Shown piece after piece: positions 34,232 to 42,780 of a stretch of DNA of 64,000 bases. Source of the stretch: an uncultured Chloroflexia bacterium (GTDB taxonomy: Bacteria; Chloroflexota; Limnocylindria; Limnocylindrales; CSP1-4); assembly GCA_963810285.1 (NCBI GenBank), contig CAWEMV010000002.1, positions 2,869,643 through 2,933,642 on the forward strand, given 5' to 3'. Each line of letters opens with the position of its first letter. Position 1 is the stretch's first letter. The notes under the pieces were generated by a model. The model saw nothing but the letters and a program-made list of their open reading frames with translations, was not told the origin of the DNA and ran no database searches. The position numbers and the translations under genes are program-made.

Positions 34232-37168
34232 CTAGGAGGCGAGCGGGGCGACCGGCGCCTCGAGCGGCAGCTCGTCGGCTTCGGCCGCTATCGCGTCCTC
34301 GCGGGTCAGCGGTGTCATCGACTCCCAGTCGTCCCCGACCTTGACATCGACCACCAGCGGCACCGACAACGGCAGTGCCCCCTCCATCGTCTCGCGCACG
34401 ATCGTGGCGAGCGCCTCGACCTCGCCGCGCGGCGTCTCGAACAGCAGCTCGTCGTGGACCGACAGCAGCAGGCGGGCGCGCAGGCCCGACTCGCGGACGC
34501 GGGCGTCGGTGCGGATCATCGCGATCTTCTGGATGTCGGCGGCCGTGCCCTGGATCGGCATGTTGATCGCCATCCGCTCGCCCGCACCCCGCAGCGCCGG
34601 GTTGGATGCGCGCAGCTCGGGGATCTGGCGCTTGCGGCCGAGGAGCGTCTCGACGAAGCCCTGGTCCCTGGCCTGATCCTTGATCGCCATCATGTAGTAG
34701 CTGATCCCGGAATAGGCCGTGAAGTAGCTGTTGATGAACGACTGTGCCTCCTGCCGCGAGATGTTCGCGCGGGTCGCCAGCCCGAAGTCGCTCATGCCGT
34801 AGGCCAGGCCGAAGTTGACCATCTTCGCCATCGACCGCTCGGCGTGGGTGATGCTCTCGGGCGCCTTGCCGAGCACGCGGGCGGCGGTCTCGCGGTGGAT
34901 GTCCGCGTTGCGCGCGAACGCGTCGCGCAGGTGCTCGTCACCCGACACGTGGGCCAGGATGCGCAGCTCGATCTGCGAATAGTCGGCGGCGAGCAGGACG
35001 AGGCCCGGCTCGCCCGCGACGAACGCGCGCCGGATACGACGACCGAGCTCGGTCCGGATCGGGATGTTCTGGAGGTTCGGATCGGACGACGAGAGGCGGC
35101 CCGTCGAGGCGACGGCCTGGTGGAACGTGGTGTGGAGCCGACCGTCGTCGGCGATGAGGCTCGGCAGCGCCTCCACATACGTCGACCGGAGCTTCGTGTA
35201 GACCCGCCACTCGAGCAGCTTGTCGACCATCGGGTGGGCCGGCCGGAGCTCCTCGAGCACCGAGGCATCGGTCGAATAGCCGGTCTTCGTCTTGCGACCC
35301 TTGGGCAGGTTCAGCTCGAAGAACAGCACCTGCTCGAGCTGCTTGGGGCTGCCCAGATTGAACTCGTGGCCGACGTCGACGTAGATCTCGCTCTCGAGCC
35401 GCGCGATCTCGGCGCCGAACTCGCGGTCGAGCAGGGCGAGCGCCTCGCGGTCGAGCGCCACGCCGGTGGCCTCGATCCGGGCGAGCACCGGGATCAGCGG
35501 CACCTCGACCTCGCGGAAGAGCCGCTCCAGGCCCTCGATCTCGTGGAGCCGTCGCTCGAGCGGCTCGCGCACGGCCAGTGCGGACAGCGCCTCGAGACCG
35601 GCCCGGGCGGTCGCCGGCAGCTCGGTCGCGGGCGGCAGGATCTGGTCGAGGTGCTCGGCGACGATGTCGGCGATCGTCTGGCTGCGCAGCGCCGCATTGA
35701 GGATGTACGCCGCGATCTGCGTGTCGAAGGCGACCGTCAGCGGCTCCGCGTCCGGCGAATCGGCGAGGCTCGCGACGAGGACCGGCTTGATCTCATGGCC
35801 CACGAGCGGGATCCGGAGGCGCTCGAGCAGATGACGGAGGGCGTGCGCCGCGGCGGCGCCGTCCGCCGCCACCGCCCGCCCGTCGGTCCCGACGACCGCC
35901 AGCGCCAGCGGCGTGCCACGGCGCGGCCGGGGATCGTCGGCGACCAGCGACACACCGATCGCGGGCTGCGCGGTGAGCCACGACTCGAGACCCGCGACGC
36001 CCGCCTCGTCCACGACCTCGATGCGGCCGGGGTCGACGATCGCCGCGGCGAGTGCCGCGGGCAGGTCGTCGACCGGCTCGTACGGACCCCCGGCCACCGC
36101 CGGCGCGGCGCCGTCGGACGGTTGCGGTGTCACCGCGTCGAAGTCGAGGCGAAGCTGCAGCTCCGTGGTCGTCGGACGACCGCTCGCCCGGCCCGGGCCC
36201 CAGCCCTCCGGCCGTCCGGCGACGCGAGCCGCGGGGACGTAGCCGCTGTCCGCGACCGACTTCAGCCGCTCCGTCCGCTCCTCCGCGGTCTCTCCGGCCA
36301 TCGGTGGCAATCGCTCGATGAGCGTGCGGAACTCGTACTCGCGGAACAGCCGGACGACCGTGTCGCGGTCGTAGTCACCCAGCCGCGCCGCCTCGAGGTC
36401 GATCTCGACCGGCAGGTCGCGGACGATCGTCGAGAGCTCGCGACCCATCAGGACCTGGTCGTGATGGTCGCGCAGCTTGTCGCGCAGCTTCTCGGGCGTC
36501 ACGTCGTCCAGCCGCACGAACAGCGTGTCGAGGTCGCCGAACTCGCGGATCAGCTTGGCCGCGGTCTTCTCGCCGACGCCGGGCACGCCCGGGATGTTGT
36601 CGGTCGGGTCACCCTTGAGGGCCTTGTAGTCGATCATCTGATCCGGCCGCAGCCCGAACCGCTCGTCGATCCTCGCCACGTCGTACATGACCGTGTTCTC
36701 GACGCCGGAACGGGTGGTCATCAGCCGGACCCGGGGCGTGACCAGCTGGAGCATGTCGAGGTCGACGGTCACGATCGTGGTCTCGAGGTCCTCGCGCGGG
36801 TCGAGCTGCTGGGTGATCGTCCCGATGACGTCGTCCGCCTCGTAGCCGGCCATCTCGTATACGGGGATGCGCAACGCCTTCACGACCTCGCGAACCTTGG
36901 GGAACTGGTCGCGCAGGTCGTCGGGCATCTTCACGCGGGTCGCCTTGTAGTCGGCGTACTGCTCGTGCCGGAAGGTCGGCCCCGGCAGGTCGAACGAGAC
37001 CGCGAGGTAATCGGGCTGGAGATCCTGGATGCCGCGCAGGACGATGCTGGCGAACCCGAAGACGCCGTTCACCAGCTCACCCTTGGACGTCGTGAGGGGT
37101 GGCAGGGCGAAGTAGCCGCGGTAGACCAGCCCGTAGCCGTCCAGCAGCATCAGGCGTTCGGTGGGCAC
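34232..37168 (-). CDS. polA: DNA polymerase I
   Basis: 5' nuclease N-terminus LLDGYGLVYRGYFA. Pol motifs DYSQIELRILAH, RSMAKMVNFGLAYGMS and LSVHDELLFE. GTG start, with TACACT 7 nt upstream. Confidence 0.95.
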   Translation of the reverse strand: MPTERLMLLDGYGLVYRGYFALPPLTTSKGELVNGVFGFASIVLRGIQDLQPDYLAVSFDLPGPTFRHEQYADYKATRVKMPDDLRDQFPKVREVVKALRIPVYEMAGYEADDVIGTITQQLDPREDLETTIVTVDLDMLQLVTPRVRLMTTRSGVENTVMYDVARIDERFGLRPDQMIDYKALKGDPTDNIPGVPGVGEKTAAKLIREFGDLDTLFVRLDDVTPEKLRDKLRDHHDQVLMGRELSTIVRDLPVEIDLEAARLGDYDRDTVVRLFREYEFRTLIERLPPMAGETAEERTERLKSVADSGYVPAARVAGRPEGWGPGRASGRPTTTELQLRLDFDAVTPQPSDGAAPAVAGGPYEPVDDLPAALAAAIVDPGRIEVVDEAGVAGLESWLTAQPAIGVSLVADDPRPRRGTPLALAVVGTDGRAVAADGAAAAHALRHLLERLRIPLVGHEIKPVLVASLADSPDAEPLTVAFDTQIAAYILNAALRSQTIADIVAEHLDQILPPATELPATARAGLEALSALAVREPLERRLHEIEGLERLFREVEVPLIPVLARIEATGVALDREALALLDREFGAEIARLESEIYVDVGHEFNLGSPKQLEQVLFFELNLPKGRKTKTGYSTDASVLEELRPAHPMVDKLLEWRVYTKLRSTYVEALPSLIADDGRLHTTFHQAVASTGRLSSSDPNLQNIPIRTELGRRIRRAFVAGEPGLVLLAADYSQIELRILAHVSGDEHLRDAFARNADIHRETAARVLGKAPESITHAERSMAKMVNFGLAYGMSDFGLATRANISRQEAQSFINSYFTAYSGISYYMMAIKDQARDQGFVETLLGRKRQIPELRASNPALRGAGERMAINMPIQGTAADIQKIAMIRTDARVRESGLRARLLLSVHDELLFETPRGEVEALATIVRETMEGALPLSVPLVVDVKVGDDWESMTPLTREDAIAAEADELPLEAPVAPLAS

Positions 37169-37181
37169 GTCCCCAAGTGTA
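37169..37181 (-). promoter_or_regulatory. polA -10 box (TACACT) 7 nt from the GTG start
   Basis: The minus strand reads ggCTACACTtggggacGTG. No SD is present. Confidence 0.5.
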
Positions 37182-37205
37182 GCCGCGGACCTCGATGCGG
37201 CCGCG

Positions 37206-37976
37206 TCAGGTCAGGCGGCGCGCGCTCCAACGGAGCAGGAACAGGCCCAACCCGACGATGAGCATGACACCGGCCACCACGAACAGGACCGACAGGCCGG
37301 ATGCGTCACTCCGGATCGCGATGCCGGCATCGCCGGCCACGTCCCGCTCGCTGCTCGAGTCGAGCTCGGCGGCGCCGCTGAACGTGCTTTCCTGGTCGAG
37401 CTTGGTGGCGTCGGGCTCGGCCTGCGCAGCGACCCGATCCGAGCCGGTGGCGGCCTCCATGGATGGTGCCGCGGACGCCGCCTCCGCGGGGGCGGGCGCT
37501 GCGCCGGCCGCCCCGTTCGGGATCGCCGCGCCGACGGTCGAGAGCGTCGCCGCGCCACCGCTGCTGGTGATCGAGGGGACGGTCGCCACGAGCAGTCCGA
37601 CCAGGCCGAGCGTCGTGAGCCCGGCCGCCAGCGGCCGGGTGAAGCCGTCGCGCGCGGACCCGAAGAACCCGAGCATGCGACGCCAGCCGCCGCGAAGTCG
37701 ATCGACGTCGTCCGCCGTGAGGGTGAAGTCGCGCGGTCGACGCGGGGTCGACGACGCGGGCAGCGCCACCTGCAGGGTCAGCAGGTCGGCGAGGAGGTCG
37801 GCGCAGCCGGTGCAGGTCCCCACGAGATCGCGCGCGGCGGCGCCCTCGAGGTCGGACAGGTCTGTCGGTCGCGCGGCAAGCGCCGCGATCAGCGCGGCGT
37901 CGTGCGTCGCGTGCGCGGCTGGCGTGGTGGGGACGGGTTCGCTCATGTGGCGCTCAGACGGCCTTGCTGCACGCAC
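37206..37976 (-). CDS. Anti-sigma-like membrane protein, paralog 2
   Basis: It shares with 38001..38561 the pattern H..HD ... C..C..L..DLL ... RPRD(F/L).LT ... GWWRR/GWRRM ... TRPLA..(L/F)T.LGLVGLL, plus a second C-terminal TM helix with a basic tail. The start may instead be the ATG at 37946 (MSEPVP...). Confidence 0.5.
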   Translation of the reverse strand: MRAARPSERHMSEPVPTTPAAHATHDAALIAALAARPTDLSDLEGAAARDLVGTCTGCADLLADLLTLQVALPASSTPRRPRDFTLTADDVDRLRGGWRRMLGFFGSARDGFTRPLAAGLTTLGLVGLLVATVPSITSSGGAATLSTVGAAIPNGAAGAAPAPAEAASAAPSMEAATGSDRVAAQAEPDATKLDQESTFSGAAELDSSSERDVAGDAGIAIRSDASGLSVLFVVAGVMLIVGLGLFLLRWSARRLT

Positions 37977-38000
37977 GGTTCCGCGTGGTGCGTCCTGGCA

Positions 38001-38561
38001 TCATCGCATCGCTCGAGCACGGCCAGCGGCCCGCCGGCGGAGGACGACGATGCCCCCGCCGGTCCCCAGCAGCCCGACCGACAGGACGACGAGCGGCGCA
38101 TCGCCGTGGTCCGGCGTCATCGGCTCGGATCCGCGCGTCGGGGTCGCTGTCCCACCCGCCACGGACACGGTGTGCATGTCGACCGGGGCGGTCGCCTCAC
38201 TGGTGGCGGCCCCCGATGAGCCGACCGGGACGGCGGTGAGCAGGAGTCCGACCAGTCCGAGGCTCGTGAAGCTCAGGGCCAGCGGCCTCGTCACGGTGTC
38301 GCGCGGCGTCCCGACGGCTTCCATGAGGCGTCGCCACCAGCCGGCCGGACGGCGCCGCCCATCGGCGGCGTGCGTGAGGCGCAGGTCCCGCGGCCTGGTC
38401 GGTACCCACGCGTGGCGGATGGCCGTCCGGATCGCGAGGAGATCCCCGTGGAGGGTGCCGCAGGCCGGGCAGCTTTGTACGCTCTCGGGGATGAGGCTGC
38501 CGCCGATCGCTGCAGCGACTGCGAACCGGTCGTGGCGGGCATGCGACGCGCGATCAGCCAC
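38001..38561 (-). CDS. Anti-sigma-like membrane protein, paralog 1
   Basis: It overlaps the sigma-factor stop by 8 nt. CPACGTLHGDLLAIRTAI is CxxC zinc-finger-like. Two TM helices. Confidence 0.55.
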   Translation of the reverse strand: MADRASHARHDRFAVAAAIGGSLIPESVQSCPACGTLHGDLLAIRTAIRHAWVPTRPRDLRLTHAADGRRRPAGWWRRLMEAVGTPRDTVTRPLALSFTSLGLVGLLLTAVPVGSSGAATSEATAPVDMHTVSVAGGTATPTRGSEPMTPDHGDAPLVVLSVGLLGTGGGIVVLRRRAAGRARAMR

Positions 38562-39222
38562 GAAACAGCTCCATGCGATCGATGAGGAGATCGCGCAGCG
38601 CGAGCCGGCCGCGATGGATCCGGGACTTGACCGTCCCGAGCGAGACGCCGGTCATCTCGGCGATCTCGCCGTAGTCGTAGCCCTCGACGTCGTACAGCAC
38701 GATCGCCGTGCGTTGATCGTCCGTGATGTGCGCCAACGCCGCCGCGAGCACGCGGCTTCGTTCCCCCTGCATCGCGATCCGCTCCGGATCCGCCTCGTCA
38801 CCGGCCCGCGGCTGCCAGGCCTCGTCCTCGAGCTCCGGGTAGGGCTGCACCGGCCGGCGCTTGCGCGCCCGCTGGGTGTCCATCGCCGCGTTCACGCAGA
38901 TCCGGTTGAGCCACGACTTGACGCTGCCGCCCCGGAACGAGCCGAGGTTGCGGTACGCCGAGAAGAAGGCCTCCTGGACCGCGTCCGAGGCCTGGTCCCG
39001 ATCGGGCACCATCCGCACGACCAGGGCGAACAGCGCGTCCTGGTAGAGCGTGACGAGGTCGTTGAACGCGTCGAGGTCCCCGGACCGGGCTCGCTCGATG
39101 AGGATGAGGTCGCGGCGCTGGACGGGGTCGTCGGGGACCGTCGTCGAGCGAAGGTCCTCCACGGTCGGTGGGTCCCTCCGGACGGCGATGCTGGCTGACG
39201 TGAGGCGGGGGGAGTCTAGCAT
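38554..39222 (-). CDS. ECF-type RNA polymerase sigma factor
   Basis: Region 2 is DLDAFNDLVTLYQDALFALVVRMV...ASDAVQEAFFSAYRNL. Region 4 is AIVLYDVEGYDYGEIAEMTGVSLGTVKSRIHRGRLALRDLL. The start is more likely the GTG at 39162 (GGAGGG SD 11 nt upstream), because a TAGACT box overlaps the ATG at 39222. Confidence 0.85.
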   Translation of the reverse strand: MLDSPRLTSASIAVRRDPPTVEDLRSTTVPDDPVQRRDLILIERARSGDLDAFNDLVTLYQDALFALVVRMVPDRDQASDAVQEAFFSAYRNLGSFRGGSVKSWLNRICVNAAMDTQRARKRRPVQPYPELEDEAWQPRAGDEADPERIAMQGERSRVLAAALAHITDDQRTAIVLYDVEGYDYGEIAEMTGVSLGTVKSRIHRGRLALRDLLIDRMELFRG

Positions 39223-39295
39223 CGGCCGCCAGACGCGGCGGCACGGTCGGCGGTTCCGCGGTCGGGCGGCGCCGCTCGCCGGACGAGGCGCCCCG

Positions 39296-39949
39296 TCAGG
39301 CCAGCGCGCGTTCGAGTGAGGCGCGGTCGGTCGGTGTGCCGTGCGCAGGGAGCACGAACTCGACCGGCAGGTCGAGGAGCGGTCGCAGGCGCTCCCCGAC
39401 CTCGTCGCGCGTCACGCCGGCGCGCAGCCACTCGTTCATCGCGAAGCCGCCACCGAAGTCGACGAGCGTGTCGCCGCAGACCAGTGCCCGGCGATCCTCG
39501 ACCCAGAGCATGAGGTCGTTGTGCTCCCGTCCGAGGAAGGCGTCGATCCCGAGCGGCAGACGGTCACCGGCCGCGACGGAGTGCGACCTCTGCCCCGCGG
39601 CGAGCCAGGCCAGGTCGGGGCTGCCGCCGGCCGCCTGCTCGGACGTGATGCCGAACTTCTGGACGAGGTCGGCCGCGGTGTCCGGCGGCGGCGCGTACAG
39701 CGGCGCCCCGAGGCGCTCGACGAGCTGCTGGGCGTCGCGCTCGTGCCAGGGCGCCGTGAGCACGATGACCGGCTCGCGCTCCGTCGCCAGCTCCAGCAGG
39801 CCGTCCGGCACGGCCAGGGGGTCGAAGAGGAGCAGTCGGACGCCGTCGTCGATCGCGTACGACGAGACTTCCTGCGGCCACGGCTCGTCCGGCGTCCACG
39901 CCGGGTGGGGTGCCTGCCAGTGCCAGAGTCCGGGCTCCAGCTCACGCAT
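39296..39949 (-). CDS. MBL-fold-like hydrolase (degenerate metal motif)
   Basis: ATG at 39949 (MRELEPGLWHWQAP...). LTAPWHERDA stands in place of HxHxDH. The C-terminal end carries VLPAHG. The 477-aa ORF reads through the tRNA and is not real upstream of 39949. Confidence 0.55.
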   Translation of the reverse strand: MRELEPGLWHWQAPHPAWTPDEPWPQEVSSYAIDDGVRLLLFDPLAVPDGLLELATEREPVIVLTAPWHERDAQQLVERLGAPLYAPPPDTAADLVQKFGITSEQAAGGSPDLAWLAAGQRSHSVAAGDRLPLGIDAFLGREHNDLMLWVEDRRALVCGDTLVDFGGGFAMNEWLRAGVTRDEVGERLRPLLDLPVEFVLPAHGTPTDRASLERALA

Positions 39950-39982
39950 GGCGCGATGGTACCGGGATGCCGACGGGGGTCG

Positions 39983-40069
39983 TGGTACGGCGGGTGGGAC
40001 TCGAACCCACAAGCCCTTGCGGGCAGCAGAGTTTGAGTCTGCCCTGTATGCCAATTCCAGCACCGCCGC
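39983..40069 (-). tRNA. tRNA-Leu (anticodon CAA), class II with a long variable arm and an encoded CCA
   Basis: The minus-strand sequence is GCGGCGGTGCTGGAATTGGCATACAGGGCAGACTCAAACTCTGCTGCCCGCAAGGGCTTGTGGGTTCGAGTCCCACCCGCCGTACCA. The acceptor stem is 7 bp (G1-U72). The anticodon stem GCAGA/TCTGC carries the loop CTCAAAC. The T-arm is GTGGG-TTCGAGT-CCCAC. Confidence 0.9.
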
Positions 40070-40105
40070 GGGCACATCACTATAGACGAGGCCTATCCTC
40101 GGGCC

Positions 40106-40567
40106 ATGACGACCTCCCGCGGACGATCGCCCGCGCGGTTCATCGGCTACCCGGTCGACTCGCTGCTGGCCGCCTTCCCGGACGCAGGGCAAGCGGCCGA
40201 GGTCGCCGCCGAGCTGAAGGCGGCCGGCATCCCCGACCGCGACATCACGGTCCTGCGCGGCGAGGAGGGCGCGTCCCGGTTCGACCCGACCGGTGCCGTG
40301 CACGGCCTGGTCGCCCGGCTGCGCCGGATCGTGTCGTTCACGGTGATGGACCAGCTCCCCGACATGGCCTGGTATGACGCGGCTATCCGGGCCGGCGGAG
40401 CCGTCGTCATGGCCCGCGTCCGCGGCGACCAGCGCAGGGCCGATGCGGTCAGGTCGATGCGCGAACACGGCGGCCACTTCATCAACTACTACGGCCGGTT
40501 CGCGACCGAGGAGATCGAGCGCTGGCACGGCCCCGAGCCGGCAGTGCCGGACATGCTCAAGCGCTGA
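40106..40567 (+). CDS. Hypothetical protein (153 aa)
   Basis: The composition is protein-like. TATCCT lies 6 nt upstream of the ATG. No family recognised. Confidence 0.5.
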   Translation: MTTSRGRSPARFIGYPVDSLLAAFPDAGQAAEVAAELKAAGIPDRDITVLRGEEGASRFDPTGAVHGLVARLRRIVSFTVMDQLPDMAWYDAAIRAGGAVVMARVRGDQRRADAVRSMREHGGHFINYYGRFATEEIERWHGPEPAVPDMLKR

Positions 40568-41759
40568 CCAGCGTCCCACCCCGCCAGACGGCCACCGGTC
40601 GCCCGAGCACGGCCAGGTCGGCCAGCGGGTCGCCATCGACCAGGATGAGGTCGGCCAGCTTGCCGGTCTCGATCGACCCGACCTCGGACTCCAGACCCAG
40701 CAGCCTCGCCGCCGACGATGTCGCCGCACGGATCGCCGCTATCGCCGGCAGGCCGTGATCGGCCAGCAGGGCGATCTCCCGCCAGACCATGTCGGCCGTG
40801 ACGCCGACCTCGCCGGTGTCGGTGCCGGTCGCCAGGGGCACGCCCATCCGGACCGCGGCTTCCGTCGACGCCCGGTGGGTCCGCTCGATGTGGTCCTGCC
40901 GCTCGCGCTGAGGCGGCGTCAGGCCGGGCAACGTTCGGTTCACGTCGGTCACGACGAGCGTCGGCACGAGCCAGGCACCCGACCGCGCCACTTCCTCGAT
41001 CGCCGCCTCGTCGGCGAGCCACGCGTGCTCCACGGACGCGACGCCGGCCACGGCGGAGCGGCGGACGGATTCGCCGTCCTGGGCGTGGCACATCACCCGC
41101 CGCCCGAGCTCGCCGGCGGTCGCGACGATCGCGCCCAGCTCGGGCTCGGTCAGCTCCGGCGCCCCGTGGACCACCGCGCCGGGCGGCAGGCCCGTCGTCG
41201 TCAGCATCGCCGCCTCCGACGCCACGGCCTTCACGACATCGGCGCCGTCGAGGACGACCCGTCGGGTCGCGTCCGCGAGCGCGGCGGGACCGTCCGCCTC
41301 CAGCCCGAACGCGGCCCCGTGGCCGCCGACGGAGCCCACGGCCGTACCGGCCACGACCAGGCGCGGCCCGATCACCTCCCCCGCCGCGATGCTGTCGCGC
41401 AGGACGACCTCGAGGTTCCGGATCGAGCCCGCTCCGCGCGCGGTCGTGACCCCGGCCCGGAGCGCCAGCGCCGCATGCGCGGCGGCGGCGGCGAGGATCT
41501 CGGCATCGGCCCGGCGCGCGATCCTCTGGAGCGACCCCTCGGTCGGGTCGAACGTGTAGTGGGCGTGCGCGTCGATGAGGCCGGGGAGCAGCGTCCGCCT
41601 GGCACCCTCGACGACCGTCTCGCCGTCGGTCCCGGGGCGCCGCGGGTCGTGGTCGGCGACCTCCGCGATCCGCTCGCCATCGACTACCACGTCGACCCCG
41701 TCCCGGACCGCGTCGCCGACGCCGTCGATGAGTCGCACGTCGCGGATGAGCAACCGCAT
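40557..41759 (-). CDS. Amidohydrolase-family metallo-hydrolase
   Basis: MRLLIRDVRLIDGVG...LLPGLIDAHAHY, followed by later HA/D metal ligands. 400 aa. Confidence 0.85.
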   Translation of the reverse strand: MRLLIRDVRLIDGVGDAVRDGVDVVVDGERIAEVADHDPRRPGTDGETVVEGARRTLLPGLIDAHAHYTFDPTEGSLQRIARRADAEILAAAAAHAALALRAGVTTARGAGSIRNLEVVLRDSIAAGEVIGPRLVVAGTAVGSVGGHGAAFGLEADGPAALADATRRVVLDGADVVKAVASEAAMLTTTGLPPGAVVHGAPELTEPELGAIVATAGELGRRVMCHAQDGESVRRSAVAGVASVEHAWLADEAAIEEVARSGAWLVPTLVVTDVNRTLPGLTPPQRERQDHIERTHRASTEAAVRMGVPLATGTDTGEVGVTADMVWREIALLADHGLPAIAAIRAATSSAARLLGLESEVGSIETGKLADLILVDGDPLADLAVLGRPVAVWRGGTLVSA

Positions 41760-41782
41760 CGCGACAGCGTAGACTTCCGCGC
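41760..41782. promoter_or_regulatory. Overlapping divergent -10 boxes in a 23-bp intergenic gap
   Basis: The plus-strand TAGACT (41770-41775) lies 7 nt before the ATG at 41783. The minus-strand TACGCT (41771-41766) lies 6 nt before the ATG at 41759. Confidence 0.55.
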
Positions 41783-42358
41783 ATGTTCAAACGGATCTTC
41801 GGTCCCGGCCCCGAGCAGGAGCAGGCCGCCGACCTCGAAACAGCCTCCTTCGACGCCGCCGAAGCGGCCGGTGAGACCGCGACGGTCCGTCGCATCGTCG
41901 CCCGGCTCGAAGCGATGCCACCGGAGCGGGCGCGACTGGCGGCATCGGCCGCGTACACGCTGGCGCGTGCCGCGCAGGCCGATCTCGACATCAGCGCCGA
42001 GGAGACCGCGGTCATCGAACGCGAACTCCAGGCACCCGGCGCCCTCGACGAGCCGACCGCGGTCCTCGTGACCGAGATGGCCAAGCTCCAGGCCCGGAGC
42101 GTCGGCGGGACCGAGGACTACGTCGTGACCCGCGAGTTCGCCAGGCTGGCCACCGAGGAGCAGAAGATCCGCGTGCTGCGCGCGTGCTTCGCCGTCGGGG
42201 CCGCCAACGAGACGATCTCGGCCGAGGAGTCGGCGGTCCTTAACCAGATCGCCAAGGAGCTCGACCTCGACGCGGACACGCTGAACCTGGTCCGCGCTGA
42301 GTTCCACGAGCGCCTGTCGTCGGTGCAGGCCGTCCGGCGCGCCGCCGAGGGAACTTGA
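41783..42358 (+). CDS. TerB-like (tellurite-resistance TerB / DjlA-N family) protein
   Basis: The fold looks helical, with repeated D(L/I)xISAEE(T/S)AV motifs (DLDISAEETAVIEREL and ETISAEESAVLNQIAKEL). TAGACT lies 7 nt upstream of the ATG. Confidence 0.55.
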   Translation: MFKRIFGPGPEQEQAADLETASFDAAEAAGETATVRRIVARLEAMPPERARLAASAAYTLARAAQADLDISAEETAVIERELQAPGALDEPTAVLVTEMAKLQARSVGGTEDYVVTREFARLATEEQKIRVLRACFAVGAANETISAEESAVLNQIAKELDLDADTLNLVRAEFHERLSSVQAVRRAAEGT

Positions 42359-42372
42359 CCCGACGGTCGTGC

Positions 42373-42774
42373 ATGACGACCGTCATCCGACTCACCGCGC
42401 TCACCGCATGCCTCGCCGTCGCCGGCTGCGGCGCTTCGGGCTCGAGCGGGGCGACCGCCCCGGTGGTCGTCACCTTCGAGGTGGCGGGTGAGGAGCGCTT
42501 CATGGCGCTGCTGACCGAGCCCGCCGACATCGCCACCGCCCGGAGCCTGCTCGACGGGGAGGACGTGCCGAGCATCCCCAACGGCCGGGTGATCCGCGAG
42601 ACCGGCGTGAACGAGGGCTACAGCTGGTCGCTGGATCCGAACGACATCGAGTTCGCGAGCGTGACGATCGCGGTGTGCGACGGCCTGCCATCCGACGTCG
42701 AGGCCGGCGTCATCTCCGGCGACCGCTACTGTCCGTGGTCGGCGGTGGTCATCGCGGTCGACCCGGCGGGCTGA
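42373..42774 (+). CDS. Lipoprotein of unknown function
   Basis: MTTVIRLTALTACLAVAGCGAS carries the lipobox LAVAGC. The ORF track opens it at the TTG at 42355, which overlaps the terB-like stop. Confidence 0.6.
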   Translation: MTTVIRLTALTACLAVAGCGASGSSGATAPVVVTFEVAGEERFMALLTEPADIATARSLLDGEDVPSIPNGRVIRETGVNEGYSWSLDPNDIEFASVTIAVCDGLPSDVEAGVISGDRYCPWSAVVIAVDPAG

Positions 42775-42780
42775 CGCTCG

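Noticed and set aside
39950-40105. tRNA-Leu as a possible integration site for a mobile element
   Set aside because: There is no integrase, no duplicated tRNA 3' half or direct repeat, and no compositional break. The flanking genes are ordinary small hydrolase and hypothetical genes.
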